The translations under genes were made by a program, and so were the position numbers. Under the pieces are notes generated by a model. That model was not told the origin of the DNA and searched no databases. It was given only the letters and a program-made list of their open reading frames with translations. Below are positions 30,701-38,746 of a stretch of 40,119 bases of DNA, in pieces. Positions within the stretch are counted from its first letter, which is position 1; each line of letters begins with the position of its first letter. Source of the DNA: a virus; IMG/VR virus record IMGVR_UViG_3300019132_000007, positions 1 through 40,119 of that record; one strand, written 5' to 3'.

Positions 30701-32867
30701 GCGTCTGGAGCAGCTTCTGCGCTTCCGTCCCCTCGCCTGCCAGTCGGATACGTTCGCGCCACAGTTCGGCGTCGATGTCGAGCAATGCGGCCGCGCGCGC
30801 TTCCTCGTCGGCTAGTGCGTTTGCGGTAAAACGCTTGTTTTCTTGACGCAGTTGCTCTGCGCCGGCGATCGCCTGCTGCTCACCTTGAATGGCGGCAATG
30901 TTCTTCTTCCGCGCCTCGGCTTCAAGCAGAATAAGTGCGATTTCGTCCGGCAGGGCCCCGTTCTTGCGAATCGAATCGATCCGCTCCCGAGCCTCTGCAT
31001 CCACCTTTAGTTGGGCGACAAGGACCTTGCGAGCCTCGGCTGACTTGCCGAACATCGCAATTTCCTCTTCCAAGGACGCCTGGTCGAACAGCGTCGCGTT
31101 GTTCCACTTCGCGATTTCTGCCGAAAGCTCCGCCTGGACCTTGAGCGCCTTTTTCTTCGCCTCGTTGTTTTTCTCGGTGGCGATCAAATCCTCGAGCAAT
31201 CCGCTGACGCGAATCTTCTCTTTTTCTGTGAGCTCGATCGTTTTGTCACGAAGGCTGACCATGACTTGCGATGCCAACTTCTGACCCGCAGACAGTTCTG
31301 TCGAGCTTTCAAGCTCAAGCCTCTCCGCAGCGATCTTTTCGTTGATCGTCTGGATCAGCTTTTGGTATTCGGAAAGCTGCTGCGTGCCAGCAGTGCCGGT
31401 GGTATAACCAAGGGTCTTCTTTTGGCCGCCGCCGAGCATTAGCTTACCGAGCGCGTCTATTGCATCCTCGCCTCGTGTGTTCCTTCCTGCAATACGACCA
31501 AGCATTGCTTGTTCCATGCTGTTAGCAGGGTTGTTCCACAGCCGGTCGTATGCCGCGTTAGCCTCAGCAAGAACCTTGTCGCGCTCCTGGCGCGCTTTGG
31601 CCAAATCAGCTAGGGGATTCTCTCCACGCGCGACCTGCTGCGCGAAGGCAAGCGGGTTCATCGTGATCAGCTTCTTTGCGGCGACGTTGATGTCCGCGCC
31701 GACGACCTCGAAACTCCCGCCGATTGCCTTGAACACAGAGGGAAGCAGCTTGGCAACGTCGACAACACGCGCAAGTCCGACCGCGAGGTCATCGGCCCAA
31801 GACGTTAGAGAGCTTCCGGTCGTAAGCTGATCGCTTTCCCTCTTCGCGTCACCAAGCGCATCAACGAAATCGATCATCGTCGGCAGCAGGTCGCTTGCAA
31901 TGGCCGTGTAGAGATCGTCCGACTTGACGCGCATGATTCCAAGCTTGTCTTGGAACTCAGATGCTCGCTTTGCAGCGTTTTCAGACGCACCGCTGAACTT
32001 GTCTACGTTTTCCGCCAGATCGTTCAGATACGGAATAAGATCAGCACCTGCTTTGCCGAACAGATCCGTTGCAAGAGCGGCCTTGCTTGCATCGTCCTGA
32101 TAGTCCTGAAGCCGTTTGGCCACTTCGACCATCAGTTCAGACGGGTCACGCAACGCGCCGGCGGCGTCCCTAGACTTTACGCCGAGAGCAGCAAGAGCCT
32201 TATTGGTCTTGTTCGTTTCGCTGTCGACCGTTGCCATGCCCTTGGCAAGTTTCGATAGTGCGGAATCTACGTTATTGAAGTCTTGGCCAAAGGCACTTGA
32301 TACTTTTTGCAGCCGACTCAGGTTCTCGATACTAGAGCCTGTTTTTTGCGAGACGTCATCAAGTTTTGCAAGCGTATCGAGCGCCTCATTGACCCTGCCG
32401 ATGATTGCGCCGACGCTGAACGCAGCCGCAAGGCCCGCTGCAGCGGCCTTCGCGTAATCTGCAATGGAACCAAGGGCGCGGCCAAATCCGTTAGCCGATT
32501 CCTCGGCGTGCTTCTGCTTTGCGTTGACGGCGTCTAGTTGATCAAGGTAGGGCCGCAATGCATTCAGGTCAGCACCGCGGAGTCGAGCCAAAGACTCCTG
32601 ATACTGCCGACTGGACTTGTCTCCCGCCTCCGTTGCGGCAATCAAGCGCTGAATCGAGTTGATTTGGTTACGTGTCGCCGCGTCGACCTTCGCGGCCGAT
32701 CCAGCCGCATTCTCCCCGATCTTCGCAAAGCCAGCCGCTGCAGACTTGCCAGAAGCCGCAGCAGACGCTCCAAGGTCGTTCAAAGACCTCTTCGCACGGC
32801 CGACACCGGCTTCAACGCCCGACGCGTCAGCAGAAATCTCAATCTGCGCTTTCAAATCACCTGACAT
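27738..32867 (-). CDS. Tail tape measure protein (about 1709 aa)
   Basis: A TP901-type TMP core (KLDDVSQKTGSSIENLSRLQKV...LFGKAGADLIPYLNDLAE) and very long helical repeats. A C-terminal DUF4214-like segment LYSNILGRAPDAAGAAFWQNAL. I chose the start ATG at 32867. Confidence 0.85.
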   Translation of the reverse strand: MSGDLKAQIEISADASGVEAGVGRAKRSLNDLGASAAASGKSAAAGFAKIGENAAGSAAKVDAATRNQINSIQRLIAATEAGDKSSRQYQESLARLRGADLNALRPYLDQLDAVNAKQKHAEESANGFGRALGSIADYAKAAAAGLAAAFSVGAIIGRVNEALDTLAKLDDVSQKTGSSIENLSRLQKVSSAFGQDFNNVDSALSKLAKGMATVDSETNKTNKALAALGVKSRDAAGALRDPSELMVEVAKRLQDYQDDASKAALATDLFGKAGADLIPYLNDLAENVDKFSGASENAAKRASEFQDKLGIMRVKSDDLYTAIASDLLPTMIDFVDALGDAKRESDQLTTGSSLTSWADDLAVGLARVVDVAKLLPSVFKAIGGSFEVVGADINVAAKKLITMNPLAFAQQVARGENPLADLAKARQERDKVLAEANAAYDRLWNNPANSMEQAMLGRIAGRNTRGEDAIDALGKLMLGGGQKKTLGYTTGTAGTQQLSEYQKLIQTINEKIAAERLELESSTELSAGQKLASQVMVSLRDKTIELTEKEKIRVSGLLEDLIATEKNNEAKKKALKVQAELSAEIAKWNNATLFDQASLEEEIAMFGKSAEARKVLVAQLKVDAEARERIDSIRKNGALPDEIALILLEAEARKKNIAAIQGEQQAIAGAEQLRQENKRFTANALADEEARAAALLDIDAELWRERIRLAGEGTEAQKLLQTQFDQWYANRQMEPVLSRWKTIISNLDNDFREGFRDMLTHGENAWKSFSKSIGNTLKTALADALYQTFLKKYVIQIVASVAGVFSGPAVANALTGRTGDTSNLMQSGDLYSMGKTLWNGFSTGFEGGFSGMLSRAWQNTGISGMGNGTPSGWVSAEGGTGFAGGMATDGLSLSGLASMAGNAFLGYGLSKGLSGGYNVKGVNEVAAIASAFAGPLAGVVGAAVNRAFGSKVVGSGVMGTITEDQFAGNAYQFKKGGWFKGDKTVPSALDAEVNSVFTNAIKGMYQNFSNLGEAVGAGGELLKGFSYEFRLALADLDAAGKEKAIQAALARVSDSMAQAFVDTFRTSIDTAQQQASRYYTNTKDGERSFAGVVVDQTRISSPLDPFIDDMIRIFDAQRAQLAGVSESEGKLAAFTQALFGLGDGLVENAGYLKVFGEALDFKKLEVAAKSGETVIDAFARLNTVFAATNAVAVTLGQNMDSAFGSLGLASTDARQRVIDLAGGIDALASGTTFFAQNFLTEAEQIAPTIKAVQDRMAELGFASVDTKDEFKELVRGLDLGSEAGAKLYGQLLAVAPAFAQVADYSKRMADEVIENAKREADAKRDAARSILDNAMLGVDSAFAAVQRSIDADRKSITASYNDAVKLVNDRIKDVTGSVGKLFGLSTSLKSTLDRMRLPSERASDRATASAEIETALAIARAGGVFPDADQLSNALNIISQPAEDLYSSFIDYQRDQLIQRAKVEELAKLTGNQLTVEEKTLKTLEDQLKSTESAYKDQMSRLDQELAYAQQQVDTLRGIRTDLMPLPAALAALSTAIGKAATAQSVISGQTGTLPDSVTGLYSNILGRAPDAAGAAFWQNALATNPKGWDGVVKDFINGALSGGTTEDKIKALAYAKANKLPGFAVGTSYVPYDMPAIVHKGEEITPRPYVDMQRADRERTNALLEQLVDENKKLRVELEQAKDSIKQMADQFDNVTEGGNAMRSEVLA

Positions 32868-32880
32868 TTCGTCTGCCCAT

Positions 32881-32937
32881 AAAAAAAGCCCGCCGAAGCG
32901 AGCTACCAAATAAAAAACCCGCTGAATCAGCGGGTTT
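32881..32937 (-). terminator. Two tandem intrinsic terminators between the moron and the tape measure gene
   Basis: Minus strand reads ACCCGCTG-ATT-CAGCGGGT followed by TTTTTTATTT (32908-32937), then GCTCGC-TTCG-GCGGGC followed by TTTTTTT (32881-32903). Confidence 0.7.
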
Positions 32938-32957
32938 CTTTGATGTTCGTCCTACAG

Positions 32958-33227
32958 TTATTGCGGAATCAATTTGCAACCACAGTGTTTACACACCCGG
33001 GCATCCTTCAACACAAATTCGCGGCAGTCTGGACATTTCACATGGGTTGCCGGCCTTGGCTCTCCAACCGAACCGGTTTTCTTCGGCAGAAGAGCAAGAG
33101 CAATCAACGCGATCGGACCAAACGCTAAGCCAAGAAGAAACCAAACGCCTGCAAACCGGGCTTGGCTGTTCGCAACAATCCAGCAAAATATCGCAGAGCC
33201 AAACCAAACCAGCGCTAAGAACTCCAT
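32958..33227 (-). CDS. Moron: two-TM membrane protein with a C-terminal zinc ribbon (89 aa)
   Basis: GGAGGG RBS. MEFLALVWFGSAIFCWIVA...VWFLLGLAFGPIALIALALL, then CPDCREFVLKDARVCKHCGC. Inserted between the tail chaperone genes and the tape measure gene. Confidence 0.6.
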   Translation of the reverse strand: MEFLALVWFGSAIFCWIVANSQARFAGVWFLLGLAFGPIALIALALLPKKTGSVGEPRPATHVKCPDCREFVLKDARVCKHCGCKLIPQ

Positions 33228-33300
33228 ACCCCCTCCTTTCGAAAGAGGTATGTTACTACAATGCAACAAACTCAATTCGGCTGGCAAATGCTCAGCGCCC

Positions 33301-33932
33301 TCAGGTTTGCTTGTGCATTACCGCCAAGGCCGCACGCTCCATAATTCCGACTTCCTCTTCCAGCTCGTCGTACCGGTCCGTTGTTAGGTTCATCCGGTCC
33401 ATCATCCGGTACAAAACGACGTAATCTAATCCTGTCGCGCCTCCAGCGCCGACGCGCCACTGTGTCGACATACGGCGGAAAAGTTCAAGGGCCTCTGCAT
33501 GCTCAGGCCAGATTTCCACAGTCTCGATTACATCATCCGGGGTGAGCCCGAACATCTCGAGTTCTTTGGCGTCTGGCTCCGGCTCGTAGAGCGCCCTTGC
33601 CGCCGCTTCTAGTTTTTTACGCGGCGCCCCGCTCCGGTCGACTCACTGAGGTAGGTTTCGAAGATTGCTTGTGCAGAACCGACGTAGACCTGCACCAACT
33701 TTTCAACGTTTTCCTCATCGAACGGCTCCGCCAGGTCCCAGCCGGAGCACATGTCCGTGATCACTTCGACGTCGCTCCTGCCATCATTCGAATCCATGAA
33801 TTCCTTGAGCTGATCTTTCGTACGGTGCTTGAAGATGAACTCAACGTCCGTCGTGCCGGCGCCAGGGACAGGAATTGCGACCTTCGCCTTAAAAGTCGGG
33901 TTTGCGGTGAGTACCAGTTTTGCTTTTGCCAT
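33301..33932 (-). CDS. Tail assembly chaperone GT fusion (via a -1 frameshift)
   Basis: A -1 slip at A_AAA_AAC joins the G frame to ...KKLEAAARALYEPEPDAKELEMFGLTPDDVIETVEIWPEHAEAL (DUF1799/gpT-like), in frame with ORF 33301-33555. Confidence 0.65.
33609..33932 (-). CDS. Tail assembly chaperone G-like
   Basis: 107 aa between the major tail and tape measure genes. It ends in the slippery site. Confidence 0.65.
   Translation of the reverse strand: MAKAKLVLTANPTFKAKVAIPVPGAGTTDVEFIFKHRTKDQLKEFMDSNDGRSDVEVITDMCSGWDLAEPFDEENVEKLVQVYVGSAQAIFETYLSESTGAGRRVKN
33612..33618 (-). promoter_or_regulatory. Programmed -1 ribosomal frameshift slippery heptamer A_AAA_AAC
   Basis: Minus strand reads GTA AAA AAC TAG. 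The heptamer lies immediately before the G stop codon. Confidence 0.65.
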
Positions 33933-34035
33933 GATTTCTAACCTTTCGCGGGATTGACTTGCCCGTGCCGAGCCGCCGCTTCCCGCGAAGGAAGACAGCA
34001 GCCCGGTCGGTGCTCAGTGATGGGCGCGTGCCCGA

Positions 34036-34683
34036 TTAAGCGGAGTAGCGGACCGGACGGGACAGCAGCGAGAACGTTGCCTGCACACCCATCACCTGGT
34101 TCTTGGTCATGGACGGGGTTTCGTTGAAGCTGACGTAACCGTTGTAGTAAGCCGTCGCGTTGTTCGGGAAAGTGACCTTGAGCGCGCGGATGTCGCGTGC
34201 CTCTGCCGCGTTCTTGAGCGCGGTATAGCCGGCGAGTGCCGGGTCGTCGGCGATGGTCAGCGACAGCGTCATCGGGCTCGCTTGCGTCGGGAGCTGGGTC
34301 TCGAAGTCGTTTTCCAGGAACGAATACGTCGTGAACTGCATTTCGCCGCCGCTGGTCGAGCATTCCAGAATCTGCGCAACCTGCGTGAAGGTCGTGACCT
34401 TCTTTGCACTACCGGTGCCGCTGCCGGCCGGGTAGTTGGCAGTGCTGGAGGTGTCGATGCCTTCGAGGTTGAAGGTGTTCGCAGTGACGCCAGACACGCG
34501 GACAACGCGGTCGTTCAGCTTAGACCAGCCGCTGGTGATGACGACAATGTCGCCATTGCTCAGGCCGTGTGCCGTCGAGGTTGCGACCGCCGGATTGGCA
34601 TTGGTCAGAGCGGAGATAGTCAGCGACGAGCCGACCGCCGTTTGCAGCGCAATCGTTACGCCGTTCGGGAGAGATACAGCCAT
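34036..34683 (-). CDS. Major tail (tube) protein
   Basis: 215 aa upstream of the G/GT genes. Its Ser/Thr/Ala-rich composition and position are typical. Confidence 0.7.
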   Translation of the reverse strand: MAVSLPNGVTIALQTAVGSSLTISALTNANPAVATSTAHGLSNGDIVVITSGWSKLNDRVVRVSGVTANTFNLEGIDTSSTANYPAGSGTGSAKKVTTFTQVAQILECSTSGGEMQFTTYSFLENDFETQLPTQASPMTLSLTIADDPALAGYTALKNAAEARDIRALKVTFPNNATAYYNGYVSFNETPSMTKNQVMGVQATFSLLSRPVRYSA

Positions 34684-34712
34684 GGTTCATACCTTTCTTG
34701 CCCGCATGGGCA

Positions 34713-34801
34713 TAAAAAAAGCCCCGCGAAGGGGGCAAGAAAACGCCACTCGAATAAGTAGCGGAAACAAAAAAGCCGCCGAGGATTGCTCCTGAGCGGC
34801 T
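34713..34801 (-). terminator. Two intrinsic terminators upstream of the major tail gene
   Basis: Minus strand reads AGCCGC...AGGA-GCAA-TCCT...GCGGCT followed by TTTTTTG (34769-34801), and GCCCC-CTTCGC-GGGGC followed by TTTTTTT (34713-34736). Confidence 0.65.
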
Positions 34802-34829
34802 CTACTGAGAGGCCTTTCGGCCTAAGTCT

Positions 34830-35186
34830 TTATCGATCGGACCAGATGCTGTAGTCCTGCTGGGCGCCATACACCGGACCATCCGCCTCATATCGTGCGA
34901 TCGGTGCGCCGAGGGGCCTTGCCTGGAATGCTGTTGCTGCGGTCATGCTGTTTTCGATCTGCAGCGCCATTGCCGCGGCTGCCGCGCGCGTGTCTGCCCA
35001 CACTGAAATCTGGAAGCGGCCGTTCTGCTTGCTGGGTACTGCGTTGTCTATGAAGACGACAGCCTCGCCGCCAACCTGCTGATAAACGATGTACGGCTTA
35101 GCCGCATCGGCAGGCGCCACGTCCGGATATACCCGGTTGCTTGTCAACCCCTTGAGCAGGTTGAAAATGTCTGCTTCGACTGTCAT
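34830..35186 (-). CDS. Tail completion/terminator protein (DUF3168-like)
   Basis: MTVEADIFNLLKGLTSNRVYPDVAPADAAKPYIVYQQVGG...RFQISVWA pattern and position. Confidence 0.6.
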   Translation of the reverse strand: MTVEADIFNLLKGLTSNRVYPDVAPADAAKPYIVYQQVGGEAVVFIDNAVPSKQNGRFQISVWADTRAAAAAMALQIENSMTAATAFQARPLGAPIARYEADGPVYGAQQDYSIWSDR

Positions 35187-35638
35187 TTCCTAATCCCCGG
35201 CAGTGCGCGTTCCATCAGCTCTGCAAACTTGTCATTCGCGACCGTCAAGGACAAGTCCTTTGCTGCATCGTAAGCCGGCCGCAAGAACGGATGCGCCGGC
35301 GCCCGACTCGTTCCGAACTCGACCATAAATCCGTACGGTGCTTTTCGGTGATTCCATGCGACGTGGTACGTCGCCCGCCCGTTGCCAGAGTTATCCTTCG
35401 AGAACACCTGGTAGATGCTGTCTCGAAGCGCCCCTGCCTCGAAGCGGTACCTCTGGTGCGTGCCGTAGAAAATGTGCGGCTTTTCGCCGACTGGCACTCG
35501 CAGTTTCACCTCTCCGTAAAGGACCGCTGCACCGGCCTGTGCCGCCGGTCGGACGAACTCTTCGGCCTTTGCCGTGATGTTGTCCAACTCAGCTTCCAAT
35601 GCCTTTGTATCGAAGCTAATACGCAGTCCATCAGCCAC
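35183..35638 (-). CDS. HK97 gp10-family head-tail joining protein
   Basis: GFMVEFGTSRAPAHPFLRPAYD motif and position. Confidence 0.65.
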   Translation of the reverse strand: MADGLRISFDTKALEAELDNITAKAEEFVRPAAQAGAAVLYGEVKLRVPVGEKPHIFYGTHQRYRFEAGALRDSIYQVFSKDNSGNGRATYHVAWNHRKAPYGFMVEFGTSRAPAHPFLRPAYDAAKDLSLTVANDKFAELMERALPGIRK

Positions 35639-35951
35639 TTACAACCTCGCAGACCAGGTCGAGGTACTGCTTCTTCGATACATCAGGCAAGACGGCATTA
35701 ATGTTGTAGGCAGTCGTTCCGTGTAACACGCGCATTCCCGCATCGACGCCTGTCCGGTAGCGAATCCGGATGCTTGCCTTGACCACCGATACCGGCGAGT
35801 CGGCCTTGATCGTCTCTATGCCGCTTTGGTGACGGATGTCGGCCCAAACTGTGGCAATGTCGGTCCATGTATTAAGCGGCTGGCCCCAATCGTCTTGTGT
35901 GCTGGCCTGCTGCTGGATCGTGACCTTGTTGTTCAACGTCCCTGCGCGCAT
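35631..35951 (-). CDS. Head-tail adaptor (head closure, Phage_H_T_join-like)
   Basis: MRAGTLNNKVTIQQQASTQDDWGQPLNTWTDIATVWADI is the typical pattern. Confidence 0.65.
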   Translation of the reverse strand: MRAGTLNNKVTIQQQASTQDDWGQPLNTWTDIATVWADIRHQSGIETIKADSPVSVVKASIRIRYRTGVDAGMRVLHGTTAYNINAVLPDVSKKQYLDLVCEVVSG

Positions 35952-35952
35952 G

Positions 35953-36432
35953 TCACACCCCGGGAATAACGCGGAGCGGGCGCAGCAGGTTCTTTGCTCC
36001 CAAAGGCATTTCGGTCACCGTGACACCAGTTACGACGTCTTCCCGGTTCGCGTACAGATGGCCCAAGGTCAATAGGACGGCAGCTTTGATCTGGTCGTTG
36101 ATGACGATGCCGCGGTACGTGCGCTTTGCCTGGGATTGGGCCTTTACGTACTCCTCGCAGGCTGCCAGCGTGGCAACGTCCCGCTCGACACAGTTTTCCA
36201 TTGCCTCGGCCGCATCCATCGCCGCCTCATAAGCCGTGGTTGCCGCGCTCAGTGCAGCCGGCGCCGCAGCTTTCGCCGCATCCAGCGTTGCCTGGTCGGC
36301 GTAAACGTGACGATTCAGATACTCGATCGCATGGCCCTCGGCCGCTTCCAGCTTGAGGGAAATGTCGGCGTCCTCGTCGGATTCCGTCACCCGCAAATGG
36401 TCTTTTGCCTGATCGAGCGTCACGAATGTCAT
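35953..36432 (-). CDS. Head-tail connector (gp6-like)
   Basis: MTFVTLDQAKDHLRVTESDEDADISLKLEAAEGHAIEYL is the typical gp6-like N-terminus. Confidence 0.65.
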   Translation of the reverse strand: MTFVTLDQAKDHLRVTESDEDADISLKLEAAEGHAIEYLNRHVYADQATLDAAKAAAPAALSAATTAYEAAMDAAEAMENCVERDVATLAACEEYVKAQSQAKRTYRGIVINDQIKAAVLLTLGHLYANREDVVTGVTVTEMPLGAKNLLRPLRVIPGV

Positions 36433-36602
36433 TTTGCTTTCGCCTTGTTCGGTGTCTTTGTGCCTTCTTCTTTGGCGGTCTCAACGGCCCCAAAGTGGAT
36501 AGCTGCATCCAGTAGTTCTACCGGGCATTCGTCGCCAGGCTTGTAATCGACGGGGTAAATCTCGCCGTTCGGCACGCCTCGGAATGGTTTGATGAGTTTC
36601 AT
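36429..36602 (-). CDS. Hypothetical small protein (57 aa)
   Basis: GGAG RBS before ATG 36602. Lies between the capsid and connector genes. Confidence 0.4.
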   Translation of the reverse strand: MKLIKPFRGVPNGEIYPVDYKPGDECPVELLDAAIHFGAVETAKEEGTKTPNKAKAK

Positions 36603-36610
36603 CGGCTGCT

Positions 36611-36644
36611 CCAAAAGAAAAGGCCCGGGGTTAGCCGGGCCTTT
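36611..36644 (-). terminator. Intrinsic terminator after the major capsid gene
   Basis: Minus strand reads GGCCCGG-CTAACC-CCGGGCC followed by TTTTCTTTT. Confidence 0.7.
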
Positions 36645-36659
36645 CGTGTCACGCTGCTA

Positions 36660-37892
36660 TTACGAAGCCGCGATCTTCATAAACTTCATCGGCTCCGGAG
36701 TCAGGAGGCCGCCGCCTACACGCTTGGTGGTGTAGAACTGCACGAACGGCTTGTTACTGAACGGATCGCGCAGCACGCGAACACCGACGCGGTCGACGAT
36801 CAGGTAAGTGCGAGCGAAGTTACCGAACGCAATCGACAGTGCATTTGCAGCAACGTCGGGCATGTCGGGCATTTCCGTGATTGGATAGCCGTTCAGTGTC
36901 GCCGGCGAACCTGCTTGGGTGGACGGCTGCCACAGGTAGTTGCCCTGACCATCCTTCAGCTTGCGGATCCGGCCTTCGGTGGAACGGTTCATCGCGAAGC
37001 GAGCGCCCAGAGTGTAGGCGGTCGGCAGTGCGAAGATCAGATCCAGGATGGCATCGGAGGTAATCGCGCCAACGCTGCCAGAGCCGACCACACCAATCGC
37101 GCCGAGCGGATGAGCGGAAGCTGCACTGCCGCCAGTGGCGTAATTCAGCAGGCCCTGGGGCTTGTTTGTACCGTTGCCACTGATAAAGGCAGCGCCTTCC
37201 TGCTTGGCAAATTCCTGCTCGACTTCGCCAGCCAGCCAAGCTTCCAGATTTATCGCGGAGTCATCCAGCATGCCCTGTGTGGCGGCCGGATTCGCGTAGA
37301 TTTCGCCTGTGGTGTAGCTGACTGAGCCGAATTCCGGAGTGGCAGTCTCGCTGCGGGCACCAGTCTCGCCAACCCAGCCGGAAGCAGTGCCCTTCAGGTT
37401 CACCAGCTTCGTGAAGCCATTTGTGCTGATCTGTTGCACCGTAGCGAGCTGGCGCATCGGGGATACGAGCACCAGTTTATCGATGATCGTGCGGTCCCAT
37501 TCGGTCGGGGCCAAATAGCCGCCTTCGTCGGCAGCGCCCTTGTTCAGGGAAGCTTGCACCTCGCCCTTGCGCATGTGGGCGTGGAATGCTGTGGTGTATT
37601 CCTTGTCCTTCACGCGGCTATCAGCACCGCCCATTTGGGCAGCAGCCTGCGCGACATTGATCTGGTCAATCGCGCTCTGCAGTTTGGAGATGTCGGCGTT
37701 GATGTTTTCGACTTTCAGCGCCTGGAGGGCGTCGTTGTTGCCCTTCTTCACTTCCTCGAGCTGCTTGGTATGCTCGGCCTTGAAGTCGTGGAAAGCCTTT
37801 TGCAGGTTCTCCACTAGTGCCTTGACTTCTGGAGTGTTGGATGCGTCAGCACGAACGGAGAGAATGCCGCGCTGGATGGCTTGCTTTTTCAT
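36660..37892 (-). CDS. Major capsid protein, HK97 family
   Basis: 410 aa with an N-terminal delta-domain-like coiled coil followed by the capsid core. Preceded by protease and portal genes. Confidence 0.85.
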   Translation of the reverse strand: MKKQAIQRGILSVRADASNTPEVKALVENLQKAFHDFKAEHTKQLEEVKKGNNDALQALKVENINADISKLQSAIDQINVAQAAAQMGGADSRVKDKEYTTAFHAHMRKGEVQASLNKGAADEGGYLAPTEWDRTIIDKLVLVSPMRQLATVQQISTNGFTKLVNLKGTASGWVGETGARSETATPEFGSVSYTTGEIYANPAATQGMLDDSAINLEAWLAGEVEQEFAKQEGAAFISGNGTNKPQGLLNYATGGSAASAHPLGAIGVVGSGSVGAITSDAILDLIFALPTAYTLGARFAMNRSTEGRIRKLKDGQGNYLWQPSTQAGSPATLNGYPITEMPDMPDVAANALSIAFGNFARTYLIVDRVGVRVLRDPFSNKPFVQFYTTKRVGGGLLTPEPMKFMKIAAS

Positions 37893-37894
37893 GG

Positions 37895-38746
37895 TTAATT
37901 GCCTTTCAAAGTATTGAACAGAGATTGCAGCGATGCTGCGATGTCTTCGCCAGCGCTCGGCTTGGCATCATCATGGACAGCGCCCGGCTTGTCCGTGAAT
38001 AGGGCTTGGAGTGCGTCACGGCGGGCAGAACGGCTGTAGCCGGCCTTCGCCATTGCAGACTCGACCAATGCGAGCGCGCGTTTGTTGCCTTGCGCCGATG
38101 CTTCGGTCTTGATAGAACCGCGGTCAAGCAATCCGGTAGCAAAGCCGTCCTTGATCGCCTGCGTGGCTCCAATATAGGTTTCGTTGTCCATCAGTTCGGC
38201 GATCTTCTTCGCCGACAAACCGGTACGGGCTGCGTACAGGTCGCGCATTGCCTCGTCAAACGGTTCCAGGTAGTCCGCAGCCTCGCGCATGTCGTGGCGG
38301 TTGCCCATGGCGACGACCCAGGCGTTATGGATCATCAGGAAAGCGCCGTCGCCCATGTGAATCTCGTCGCCAGCCATCGCAATGACGGACGCCGCGGAGG
38401 CAGCCAGGCCCATGATGTTGACAGTTACTTTGGCGGGGTGGGCGCGCAGCAGGTTATAAATCGCTACGCCTTCAAAGAAGTCGCCACCCGGGGAATTGAC
38501 ATTGACCGTCACATCCTTTTCGCCGATAGACCGCAGTGCGGCGCCAATGCGCTTGGCAGTAACGCCTTCGCCATCCCATGTCTGGCCAATCGGAGCGTAC
38601 ATGCTGATCGATGCATCGTTACCGTCTGCCGCTGCACGGATCTCGGGCGCCCACTTGTCCAGCGCATCCTGGCGCATGTCGAATTGCAGGCAGGACGCCA
38701 GCCGGTTATCAGCCCGAATCTCAGGCAGGGTTTTTAGCAGGCTCAT
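37895..38746 (-). CDS. Prohead maturation protease (ClpP/S49-like)
   Basis: VNVNSPGGDFFEGVAIYNLL...GLAASAASVIAMAGDE...MIHNAW. Confidence 0.8.
   Translation of the reverse strand: MSLLKTLPEIRADNRLASCLQFDMRQDALDKWAPEIRAAADGNDASISMYAPIGQTWDGEGVTAKRIGAALRSIGEKDVTVNVNSPGGDFFEGVAIYNLLRAHPAKVTVNIMGLAASAASVIAMAGDEIHMGDGAFLMIHNAWVVAMGNRHDMREAADYLEPFDEAMRDLYAARTGLSAKKIAELMDNETYIGATQAIKDGFATGLLDRGSIKTEASAQGNKRALALVESAMAKAGYSRSARRDALQALFTDKPGAVHDDAKPSAGEDIAASLQSLFNTLKGN

Noticed and set aside
27779-32913. Numerous ORFs on both strands inside the tape measure gene (for example 28830-29570, 29580-30245, 30115-30762, 32672-33424)
   Set aside because: The 5.1-kb minus-strand frame has clear tape measure motifs. 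The others are out-of-frame or antisense shadows with biased composition.
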